From Lama guanicoe (lineage: Eukaryota): DNA of 64,000 nt. The first letter of the stretch is position 1. Each line of letters begins with the position of its first letter. The notes under the pieces were generated by a model. That model was not told the origin of the DNA. It did no database searches and was given only the letters and a program-made list of their open reading frames with translations. The position numbers were made by a program, and so were the translations under genes. This document shows, one piece after another, positions 25,103-37,700 of the stretch. The DNA is taken from positions 9,410,898 to 9,474,897 of the forward strand of contig MU054212.1 in assembly GCA_013239625.1 (NCBI GenBank). Direction: 5' to 3'.

Positions 25103-25283
25103 CAGTGGTTCTCAAGTGTGGTTCCAGATTAGCTGCATCACCCGGGGGACTTGTGAAAAATGCAGCACCCCCGACTCTGCTCTAGGGTGACTGAATTGGA
25201 AACTCTGGGGATTAAGCCAAGCAGTTCACATTTAACAAGCCCCCAGGTGACTCTGATACATGCTTAAGCTTGAGAATCATTGC
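25103..25283. mobile_element. MER5A-like hAT MITE
   Basis: cagtggttctcaa...aaaatgcag...tttaacaagcccccaggtgactctgat...ttgagaatcattg, with terminal inverted ends. Confidence 0.8.
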
Positions 25284-26035
25284 TATAAACTAAGTTTTGC
25301 TCTCCCTGATAGAACAGGCTTGAGGCTAAAATGCTGGGAAAGCTCATTCTATTGGCCTGTCAAAGGTGATTTGCAACTGCTTCCTTTCTGCCTGAGTTCT
25401 ATCAGACTGTAATCACTTGAACAGCTTAATTGAAAAATCACTTATGTTTATAGCTGAAATTCAGTGTTTTGTATTTAAATAACTGCTTTTGATTAGAATC
25501 ATATTTTGTTGAAAGCGCTTGGTTTTATATGTGTGTTGAAAAGACATTTATAAAAACTCATCAAATTTCTAGCAGTAAGTAACATCCTATTCAGTATAAG
25601 GTGAAATGTTCTACATCACATCTCATGCTGTGTAATGGCCAATCAAAGAGTATTTAAGGTGGCTGAATGGATTTCTTGGCTTAGTATTCAAAATTAAACA
25701 TTTTAAGATGTTAACATTTAATGTTTTTCTTCTTCTCAAAGTTGATGTTATGTAATCTCCATTATTTGCAACTCCTGAAATCTTGCTTAAGTGGCGAGTG
25801 GCAACACTTTCTTTTTCTCATCCTCCAGGATTTACTGAAGTGTAGATTGTTTGGAAATGAGTTTAGCTTTGTGGCACATGTCTGTTTAGCTGTGTGAATA
25901 CTGTTGTTTATTAATTAAGAAGACAAAAACACAGCTTTGTCTTGATAACCATATATCGCTGATTTCTGAAAAGCCAAAAGAAATAACTCCTCTGTTGTGC
26001 TCTTATTTGACAAGTGATCTTGGGGTTCCTTTTAG

Positions 26036-26710
<675 letters not shown>

Positions 26711-26789
26711 TGAGTCCTGCCTTTCCTTCCAGCAGTGTCTGTAGCTTAGAGAACTTGCAAAAATATATGCATATATTTATAGAGATTTT

Positions 26790-27900
26790 TTAAAGCATTT
26801 TATTTTAAAATAATAATAGATTGACAGGAGTTGCAAAAATAGTACAGAGAGGTTCCATATAACCTTCACCCAGTTTCTCCCAGTGACATTTTATGCAACT
26901 ATAACACATTATCAAAGCCAGTAAATTAGCGTTGGTGCAGTGTGTATGTGTATTTCTATGCTGTTTCTATCACATGTGTAGATTTGTGTAACCACCACCA
27001 CAATTAAAATACAGAACTATTTCAGCACCACCAAGAATTCCTTTGTACTACGCTGTTAGAGTCACTCTCTGCCCCTACCACCCTAACCCCTGAGGACCCC
27101 AATCTGTTGTCTATTTCTATAATTTTGTTATTTTGGGAATGTTATATGAATGGAATTATACAGTGTGCAAAATTTTGCTATTGACTTTTCTCATTCAGCA
27201 CAATGCTCTTGAGATCCACCTAGGTTGTCACGTATATTGTACCATTTGACTTCTGAATAATATTCCATGGTCTGTATATACCATGACTTGTTTAACCATT
27301 TATCCATTAAAGGATAATTTGGTTGTTTTCAGGTTTTGTCTGTTTTACTAACAGAGCTGCTATGTACATTTTTATGCAAGTTTTTGTGTAGCCTAAGGGC
27401 TTTCATTTCTACTAGTGAAAGCTAGGAGCATGATTCCTAAATCATATGGTATCATATTTAGCTTATACCACATTTAGTTTAAAATACTCTTCTACCAGTA
27501 ACGTATGAGAGAGCGTTTCTCCACATCCTTACTGGCATTTGGTATTGTCACAAATTTTTATTTGACAGGCTCTAATCTGTGTGAAGTGATATTTCACTGT
27601 GGTCTTTAGTTTGCATTTTCCTAATCGCTAGTGATATTGAATAACTTTTCATTTGCTTGTTTGCCCTCCTTCCATCCTTTTGGGTAAATTGTGTCATTAA
27701 TACCTTTTGCCATATCTAATTGGATTGTTTGAGTTGTTTTACTGTTGAATTTTAAGAGTTCTTTATATACTCTAGATATAAGCCCTTTGTCAGATTGCAA
27801 GTATTTTTTCCCCATCTATAGCTTGTCTTTTCAGTCTCTTAAAAGGATCCTTCACAGAGCAAAAGTTTTTAATTTTGATAAAGTTTGATTTTTTAAATTT
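26790..27900 (-). mobile_element. L1MA/MB-type LINE 3' portion, antisense
   Basis: ttgcaaaaatagtacagagag...ccaccacaattaaaatacagaact...tttgcattttcctaat...gagttctttatatactctagatataagccc. Confidence 0.8.
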
Positions 27901-27909
27901 TTATCCTGG

Positions 27910-28586
27910 TAGACATTTTTCCAAAGAAAACACAGATGACCAACAGGTACTTGAAAAGATGCTCAACATCACTAATCATCAGGTAATTTAAAACAAAGCA
28001 TGTAAATCAAAACCACAATGAGATATCACCTCATACCTGTTAGAATGGTTTTTATCAAAAAGACAAGAAACAACAAGTGTTGGGGAGGATATGGAGCAAT
28101 GGGAATCCCTGTACGTTCTTGGTGGGAATATAGAGTGGTACAGCCATTATAAAAAGCAGCACTAATATACATTCCCACCAGAAGTGCACACATGTTCCCT
28201 TTTCTGCATATCCTTGCCAACACTTGTTATATTTATTGTCTTTTTGATAATAGCGATTCTGACAGGTGTGAGGTATCTCACTGTGGTTTGATTTGCATTT
28301 CCTTGATGATTAGTGACATTGAGCATCTTTTCATGTGCCTGTTGGCCATCTGTATGTCTTTGAACAAATGTCTATTCAGATCCTCTGCCTACTTTTTTAA
28401 CCTGGTGGTTTGTTTTTCGTGTGTTGAATTGTATGGCAGTACTGTTTTGATTACTATAATTTTGCAATATAGTTTGAAATCAAAGAGTGTACTGCTTCCA
28501 ACTTTGTTCTTCCTTCTCAAGATTTAGCTATCTGGGATCTTTTGTGGTACCATATAAATTCTAGGATTACTTGTTCTATTTCTATG
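27910..28586. mobile_element. Two L1 ORF2-end fragments in opposite orientation (27910-~28145 plus, ~28160-28586 minus)
   Basis: aaaagatgctcaacatcactaatcatcagg...aaaccacaatgagat on + versus atctcactgtggtttgatttgcatttccttgatgattagtgacattgagcatctttt, its reverse complement. Confidence 0.85.
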
Positions 28587-28605
28587 TCTAAATTTATTTT
28601 TGCAG

Positions 28606-28713
28606 GTTAAGAACTCAAGCTGTTTTTAATTCAAGAGAACCGGTTGCTCATAAAGAGATTAGTAAACTCCAAGAGCTCAATCTGGATATGAATGAGAGTG
28701 ACACTGGACCAAG
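28606..28713 (+). CDS. KIAA1328: KIAA1328 108-nt symmetric (phase 2-2) coding exon, probably an alternatively spliced cassette
   Basis: Acceptor tttatttttgcag|G and donor AG|gtaaac. Open in the required frame: (W)LRTQAVFNSREPVAHKEISKLQELNLDMNESDTGP(S). Joins the 26709 and 53472 exons without a frameshift. Confidence 0.8.
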
Positions 28714-29853
28714 GTAAACTTGAGCAAAATATGTATGACACAGGTATTAAGGATATGCTTGGTATATATTTATAGCTTCATATTGATGAATCCAGTTTTC
28801 TGATCATATAAGTAAATATATTCACATTATAAAATTCTTAAAAATATAGAAAAATGTAATGAAATAGATAAAAATCATTCATAATCCTACTGTTCAGAGA
28901 CGGTTCTTTGAGCCTCTTCCCCCTTTCTATCTCTTATAATAATGTATTCTATATTACAATAGGAATTATGCTTATACAGAATTTTATTTTTGCTTTTTTC
29001 AGTGTGTTATAATTTATGATGTCATTATGTTATGAAAACTTGATATTCATTCATTCATTCAACAAATATTTATTGTTTGACAAGTATTACTCAAAATTTG
29101 TCTGTTATGGGATAATATGCAGTTTTACTATTACAAATTATTCTTTGAGAAACATTTCTTTAAATACATTTTTTACTTTATCTCTACTTATTTCCTAGGT
29201 ATAGATTCCTGTAAGGGGAATTACTAGCTTAAAATGCATATGAATCCTTTTAAGATCTTTAATTCACATTGCCAAGTTGCTTTCCATAAAAGTCAAATCA
29301 GTTTACACCCCGCTAAAACCAATGTTTGAGAATTCTGTTTTCATGAAATATAAAAGACTTTTGGCCAGTACTTTTTCAGATATATGTTTTCCCCTATTCT
29401 CTTCATTCTTCTTTTGGAACTTTGTTTACATATATATTAGATCTTTAGCTATTGTCCCTTAGGTCCCTCACTCTGCTAATCTTTTAAAATCTTTTTTCTC
29501 CATTCTTTATATTGGATGACTTCTGTTGATCTGTCCTCAAAGTCATTAACTTTTCTGCTATTTCCAATCTGTTGTTAATAAGCTCATACAGTGATTTTTT
29601 TTTAATTTCAGATATTGGATTTTTTGGTTTTAGATTTTCCATTTGGATCTTTGTTATAGTATCTGTTTCTCTGCTGAAATTTTCTATTTACTTTTCTTTA
29701 AAATCCTTGTCTGCTAATTCTAACACCTGGTTTAACTTGAGGTTTATCTCTGTTGATTAAGTTTTCTTTTCATTAGTGGTCATGTTCTCCTGTTTCTTTG
29801 TATGTCTAGTAATTTTGGATTATTTCCTGGTCATTGTGAATAACTCAGTTATA

Positions 29854-30360
29854 CAGGCATACCTCTTTTTATTATGCTTCACTTTATCATACTTCACATA
29901 TAATTGTGTCTTTTACATATTGAAGGTTTGTGGCAACCCTGTATTAAGCAAGTCTCTTGGCACCATTTTTCCAACATTTGCTCATTTTGTGTTTCTGTCA
30001 CATTTTGCCAATTCTTGCAACATTTCTAACGTTATTGGTATCATCATCATTGTCATCATCATCATCATTTTCACATTTGTTAGGTGGTCAGTGATCTTTG
30101 ATTTTACTCTTACAAAAAGATTATGAGTTGATGAAGGCTCAGATAATGGTTAGCATTTTTTAGTGATAAAATATTTTTAATTAAGGTATTTATTTTTTTA
30201 GACATAACACTACTGCACACTTAATAGACTACAGTCTAGCGTAAACATAACTTTTATATGCACTGGGAAACCAAAACATTTGTGTGACTCCCTTTTTTGC
30301 AATATTCCCCTTATTGTGGGGGTCTGGAACTGAACCCACAGTGTCTTCAAGTTAGGCCTG
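29854..30360 (+). mobile_element. Tigger1 internal-deletion derivative with TA target-site duplication, inserted in an antisense L1M
   Basis: TA|caggcatacctc...gaaggtttgtggcaaccctg...gcactgggaaaccaaaa...tgaaccc...aggcctg|TA. Contains a (CAT)n tract near 30040-30068. Confidence 0.85.
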
Positions 30361-33300
30361 TATTTCTCTGAACAATGTTAATTTTTTGTGTGCTCGTGGG
30401 CAGTTAATTTAACTGAACTCAGATTCCAAGTTCTATCTCCCTGGAGTAAGTGGGCAGTGATAATCACTGTTGAATTATTTTAGCTTTAATTGTGATGCTT
30501 GAGTCTGCCCTGTTCATGTGTATAGTTCAGGGGTCAGCCAGAACTCACAGCGTTGTTACACAGAATTTGAGGCTTTCACTCTTTCTCTCTCCTCTTCAAG
30601 ATTTTTCATTTTTCAGATGCCCTAGTGAGCCTAGACTCTGTCCTCTGATTATTTAATCCTGCCGTCAGCTAAAAGCCATTAAAAAAAAAAAAGGCATTTC
30701 TCCCAGTGCCACTGTCTTCTTTCAAATGCTGATCCTCTTACAGTTTCTGCTTGCTTTTGATCACTCTTCAGTGCGTTTGAGTTATCTTTTTCCTCCCAGA
30801 GTTTATGATTATTACCTGCAGGAGATTTGGTTCTTTCGGAGCTACTCAGCCATCATCAGGAGCAGAACTCAAAGATTCTTATTTTAGCACAATTTTGCCA
30901 TAATTTATTGTGATAAAATTTACCATCTCAACCATTTTTAATGTGTACATTTCAATAATATTATATGTATTTACAGTACTATGTGACCAATCTCCAGAAT
31001 TTGTTTTTTTATCTTTCAAAACTGAAACTCTGTGCCTATTAATAACTACCCCTTACCCCCAGCCCCTGGGAACCACCATTATACTTTGTTTCTATAATGT
31101 TGATTACTCTATATACCTCCCAGAAGTACAGTCATACAGTATGTGTCTTTTTGTGATTTACGATAATTCGACTCTATTACTATTGAAATCAACCATATTC
31201 ATAGTTTTAAAAAGTCAATTAGTTCCACAAGTCTTATGCAAAGATAGTGGTATCCACTACAACTCCTTCCTGCTCCCAGTTTATACTCTTTAGAGAGAAA
31301 AGTTTTGACTGTTTGAGGTGTTTTTAAATCTGTTCCTTGTAGTATTTATATCCATATTTCTAAATATCACATTTAAGTAGGCATTAAGTATTGACTTTCT
31401 GCTATGAAAGATAATACAGCTGTCACAGACGACCATCCATGTGCTCTCTTTTTTCTCCCTTTTCTCTCCTTCTTCCCTCTCCTTCTCCCTCTTCCCCTCT
31501 CTCTCTAACATACACACCCACACACATGCTTTCTCCTTTCTTCCATCCTCTGTTCTCTCAATATAGTTATATCACAATTTGTTTACAATAGAACTGTAAA
31601 TATTTTCTACACAGCTGAGCTATGTACTGTACAGTTATTAAATTTAATTTTTATATAACAAATTATCTTCTCTTGAATTTATAAATGCCTTACTTAATTT
31701 TACATGTACTCATTCATTCATTAACTCATTCAGATATTTATAAAGTTTCCTACCATGTGCTAGGGGCTTTCCAGACTTTGCGGGGAATATAGCAGTATAC
31801 AAAACACCAGAGTTTTCGGCCTCATGCATCTTACCTTCTCATGTCTTTTCATTCTCAAACACACCCAGCAAGTATGACTGTCTGAATGTGTCCAGACACG
31901 TCAGTTACTCTATCATAACTCTTCATTTTTTAAGAAATATCCTTTTTGGAGCCTTCCGTAATTCTGCTCTAGTCTGAACTGGTAATTCTCTAAGCTTGCT
32001 GTCTACGAATTTCATCCTGAAATTTTCCTTACCCATCGTCCTGGCAATTTTCTTTCCTTTTCTGTGCTATCTTCCTCTTTTGCTGGATCACATGTCCTGT
32101 TTTTGGTTTATGCTCATCTTCCTGAACCATGTCCTTCAATAGCTCACTGACATGGAGTACAGAGGCAACAATTTTTTGAGACTTCATACCTCTGGAAAGT
32201 GTTTTACATCCATCTTCACATTTAATAGATAGTTTAGCTGCAGATAGAATTCTTGGTTCATAATTACTTTTTCTCCGAAGAGACTGAAGGTTATGTTCCA
32301 TTATCTTCTAGTTTCTGGTGTTACCATTAAGAAGTTTGGTGCAGTTTGATTTGTTATAGTGGCAATAGAAAGCTAATACGGATACTAACTTATTTCTTAT
32401 AAATGGATGGTAATCCATGGTTCCTACATACACCATAACTTAGCACTCTTATTGTCAGACATTCACATTGTTTCAAGTTCTTTACCACTACACAGAATGC
32501 TATAGTAAACACGACTGTACTTACATTCTTGTGTTCTGGTACTTTTATTTTTTTTAGTATAAATTTCCAGAAATGAAATTGCTAGGTCAAAGGCTGTTTT
32601 TACATAAGGTTATTTTATCTAAATTACAATTATAAATTGTAATAATCCATGCCAACTTACTTTTCCAAAAGGTTGTAGCAATTCATACCCAGGTTTGAAA
32701 TTTGTGAAAGTTTTCATCACTGCTATTCAGAGAGGTGTCTTGAATGCTTTGAAAACTAGTGCTCCAGTCTAAGAGATGGATGTGCTTTAAAGTTTAGGTG
32801 AATCTTGGCATGCATGTCCCACACTCAAATAATTACAACCAAAAAATCAGATAAGACTATGCATTTCTTCCAAAAAAAACTGTTTCCCAATATGACTTTG
32901 ACAAGATCATAGATCTTTTAAAATGTTAAGGTACAGTTCAAGAGTTTGAAGAAACTCTGGCAGTTGCTTCCAAAGTTTGACAGTCACTGGGGAGCCAAGA
33001 ATTCTCACTCAACAGCCCTTAAATTATTTCATCTAATGTGAGATTAAAAGAAGTATAGGCAATGAGTTTTTTGTCTCCTTGATTCATTTGACTGTGGAAA
33101 TGATGTTGTCTCCTCTCACCCCAGAAAGAGGCAGAGGTGAGTCAAGGGAGAAGAGCGTACAGCCTTGAGCAGCCTTTGTAGAATTATTTAAGTGAAAGTG
33201 TCTGCTGACTTTAGAAAATATAATCAAGAATTGTTACGGAAAATGACCTTCTTTCTACCTTGCAAGCACTTTGATTTTGCCAGTAGAACTCCCTAGATAA

Positions 33301-34131
33301 AATTTAATTTTAAGCTAAATTTTCTTTATTTGAAAATTTAAATTACCTTAGTATTAAAAATACTCTGTGTATTTAAAATATTAAACTTACTCAAATGAGG
33401 CATTAAGAATTTGGAACTAAAATAAATGAGATAATGAGGAAGTGAGAAACATTTTTTTTTTATAATTAACAGCTCATTTTGAGTTAATTATATACAATTA
33501 CCAAAATCTAATTGCAATTTATTTTCTATTATCTGTGAGAAAAAATCATAGTCAAGGGAGCTTACATTGCTGCCTTTCTGCATAAATGCTATAGAATGAG
33601 AATAAATAGTATGTGAGGCCTTAATGACAAATAAGAGCAAACAGAACACAGCTGAACCGAACCATTGGCAGAGAGCTGCCACATGAAAGATGGTAATGAC
33701 TCAGAAAGCCACAAGCAATTCTGGTTGCTTATAGATTCTCTGGTTTGCTCTGTAGTTTGTTTGTTTGATTTTTGGCTATGCAAAGATGACCCTTATGATG
33801 AATTAATGTAGTTTTGGAATTCTGCAGACTTCTAAAAATCTGACTGTTTTTGTATTTTCATATAATAATGACCAATTCAACAAAAGTCTTATTAAACATC
33901 TATTATTTAAAAAAACACCTGGTTTGCTAAATACTGTAGGAAATACAAGAAACCCCTACCTTCAAGTACTCTAGTAGTAGAGTAAGGCAAATATACAGAT
34001 ATTTTTCATCTATAAAGACTAGAAGAGCTATAAAAGAAATACAGAGAAATTAGGAAAAAGGTTTTTGGAAGAGGGAATATTTAAAATAAGTCCTAAAATA
34101 TAGGATAGAGCTGTGAAAGTCTGTGGAGTAT

Positions 34132-34171
34132 CTGTGTGAGTGTGTGTTTGTGTGTGTGTGTGTGTGTGTGT
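34132..34171. repeat. (TG)n microsatellite
   Basis: ctgtgtgagtgtgtgtttgtgtgtgtgtgtgtgtgtgtgt. Confidence 0.9.
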
Positions 34172-35039
34172 TTCTGGTGGGAGAAGGCATGGAGGCAGTC
34201 TGAGTAAAGGAAGAAAATCACTCAATGTGTGTGGGGCACAGCAGTAAGTATGCTTTAGTTTGACCAGAAGAGTCAGGGGAAATGAAACCAAAGATTAAAC
34301 TAATAAATTAGGTTAGATTATGAAAGGGTTTAAATACCAGGTGAAAGATTTTGGACCTTTGTGAGTGGAATAATAAAAAAGTAAGGAAAAAGAACTGATT
34401 TTGTGGTGAAGATGATTAATTTGATTTTGATGACCATTGGAATAAGAACCAAGAATTTCAGGTTTTAGCCTTTCCAGTAATTAGCCATGTGGCTTTAAAG
34501 ATGCTCTGCGCCCCTATCTCCTTGCTTGAAAATGAGAGTTAAACTGGATTTTTACTAAGAGTTTCTTCCATCTCTAACAGTTCATGATTATTAAACAGGT
34601 TGAATTTCCAGGAAAAGCCATCTAGTATATTAGTAGAAATTTGGATCTAAATTTCCGAAGAGAAATTGAAGTTAGAGACTTAGATTTGGCACTCATCTGC
34701 ACTGGTGTTGCATCTGTGAAACTGGATATTAATTTCTGAGAAAAAGTTTAGAGAAATGTGAACAGAACCTTAGGAAATGCAGGAATTTGAAAGAAGAAAA
34801 AGTGACTGAAAAGTTGACAAAGAAGCAGGTGGTGCAGTGTCATGAAAATAAAGGATACAAGGCAGAAATAGTACTTTGGAAAGAAATATGGTTGAGGGAG
34901 TATAATTTTAAGGATAGAAGTGACAAACATTTTTATAATCTTGGAGAAGTGGCAAGCGAAGGAAGATATTGCAGAAGTTGAACAATTATTGGAGTGTAGT
35001 CTTAGAAGAGGTTGGGGATCAATTCAAATCACTTGCTGA

Positions 35040-35940
35040 TTTCTTAGTTATTTGTGCTGGCTTCTCTTTCTCTGCCTGTCCCTGGACCATTACCTTCTTT
35101 CTTCTTTCTACACATTCTCCCTGCATGACCTTATTTAGGCCCTTGACTGTAAATATCATCCATATGCTGATGATTCCGAGATTTATCTCTGCAGGCCTGA
35201 CCTTTCCTCCAGTCATTAAACCCACAGATCTTGTCCACACAAGACTTCACTGGACTATCTAACAGACATCTCACAGATCACAAAGCGAAATCAGAAATCT
35301 TGTTTCCTTTTTCCACCACCCACCACTCCACTTTCACCTCATCTCAGTCTTCTCCATCTCAATAATTAATACTAGCGACTCAAGTCAAAAAGAAGTTCTT
35401 GATTTCTCCCCTTCCTTCCTTCTCCCCTCCCAAACAATCCATAAGTACATTCTTTTGTTCCTCTTCTACCTCCAGAATGGATGCACTCCTGACACCAGTC
35501 CAAACCCAGACTTCTGCAGAGGGTTCCTAAGTGGTCTGCTTTATTTCTGTCCTTACCCCCCAACCCCTACAATCCGTTTTCCACAGCAACTGAAAAAAAA
35601 TCATTCAAAAATAGCAGTCTACTTTCTTGCCTTAAACTCTTTAAAGACCTCAATGCAAGGAGAATAAAATCTAAACTCCTTGGCTGTCTCAGAGTGTTCT
35701 GTGTGATCTGGCTTCTGCTTACCTCATCTCGTACCACTCTCTGTCTTAAACATCTAGTGATCCCTACCCCCATTTTACTTAAAATTCGAACGTCTTACCA
35801 TGGCCTGTAGGGCCCTTTTTGTTTTACTGCCTTGACTCTGCACTTTCATCCTTGCATCCTGTGTTCCTGCTACATTGGCCTTGATCTTCTTTTAGTTTCT
35901 AGTACACACTGCCTTTAACTCTTAATCCCGCTCTTTCTAG
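35040..35940 (+). mobile_element. L2 LINE fragments
   Basis: aaatatcatccatatgctgatgattcc, aataaaatctaaactccttggc and ttaccatggcctgtagggccc are L2-type motifs. Confidence 0.55.
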
Positions 35941-37169
35941 TATTAACTTCTCTTGGCGAGAGCCTTAAGTATCATCTTCTGCGAGGATGCTTTCCTGACC
36001 CTCCTGTGTAAAAATCACGTGTCACCCATTGCTCCCTGTTCCAGTGCTCTGAAGTTTCATGCACCAACACCCAGCCTTAAGCTTCATGAGTGCATCGATC
36101 ATGTTACATATGATACAATTTCTATGTGTCATGAAGATTGTATCTTCAGCATATAGTAGAGGCTCATGAAATATTTGTGGCATGGATTTTTTAAAATCTC
36201 GATCTTCTCAGTAAAGTACGAAGGGAGATCATCCACTGAGAACGGTGACAGCATCTGGTAGGAGGATGGAGAGACTTGGAATAGCCCCAAGGGAAGGTGT
36301 AGGAAGTCATCAAAAGATGATGAACGAGAAGTCTTGCATCTATAATATATGCAATATAGAAATTCCCTCAGATCGATACGGTAAGCTGCCCCAAATAGTC
36401 AACTCAGAAGAGTAAACCCAAACAGCCAATACAGATGTAAAGTCTTCTCACACCTAATCCTGGGAAAATGAAAATTAAAAACAAAGAAAAGATAACATTT
36501 TAAAATCAACTTCAATTGATTTTAAATCAATAAATTGGCAAAAGTGAAAAGTTTAATAATGTCAAGTGTTAACAAGGCTGTGGGGAAACAGGTCCTTGAA
36601 TACACCGCTGGGAGGAGTGCAAATTGCTGGAGCCACTTTGGGGGTCAATTTGGCATATCATTTTATAATTATTTTTAGCTATCAGTGAGAAGTGGCATAG
36701 CAACTCTCCTTCTGTCATCTTCCCCTACCTTCTAACTTCTCTTCCTTGTTCTCTGTAACTCACAGATAACCTTTTGGCCTGAAGAATTGCTCAGGCAAAA
36801 AGAGAACATTTCTCCAATTTCGCTTTTCAACGTTAACAACATGACTGACTAACGGGGGTGGGGATCACTGCTGTCTATCTGAGACACACTAGACATCATC
36901 AGGAAAGTTGTAAAGTAGGCTCAGAGACATCGCAGTGGGAAGTATCACTAAAGTAAAACGAGAAAAATGTTTGCTATCTGTTGAATGTTACGTAGCTTTG
37001 ATAATATAGAAATTTTCAGAGATTAGATGGGGATCTTCCTATCCTCTCAATTTTTTTGAGCTGTAATATAAAAATCTGTTTCCTTTTCAGTACTTTCTTC
37101 TAGACCTATATTTTAATCTTTTTAAAACCTTTATCTTTTTGATAAATGTAAAAATCATTACTTGAAAAT

Positions 37170-37700
37170 AACAAATGATCCAACAATTCCACTCCCAGGT
37201 AACATACATCCACATAAAGATTTCTCTGTGACTGCTCACAGCTGCATGATTCAGAATAGCCAAAAACTAAAAAACAAGTCAAGTGTCCGGCAACTGGTGG
37301 ATAGATAAACAAATGTCATATAGCCATACAATGGGATATTTGGAGGTAAAAAGGAACAAGGTTCTAATACATTCTCCAACATGAATTAACCTTGAAAATA
37401 CACTAACTGAAAGAAGGTCTTCATAACACCATGGATTATGTCTTTCCATTTATATGGAATGTCCAGAAAAGGCAAGTCTATAGATAAAGAATATAAATCA
37501 GTGATTGCCTAGTGCAGGAGGTGGGAATGGGGAGCAACTGCAAATAAGCATGAGGTTTTTCTGGGGCGATGTTGGAACTGTTACAAAATTAGATTGCAGT
37601 GATGGTTGCACTTACTTAGTGCGGTTACTAAACTTACTGTGAGTCCATTTAAATGGGTGAATTTTATGGTATATATAAATTTATCTCACTAAAACTTTAA
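37170..37700 (+). mobile_element. L1MB-type 3' end
   Basis: caattccactcccagg...gatagataaacaaatgt...ccatttatatggaatgtccagaaaaggcaagtctatag...gtgatggttgcac...aaatgggtgaattttatggtat. Confidence 0.8.
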
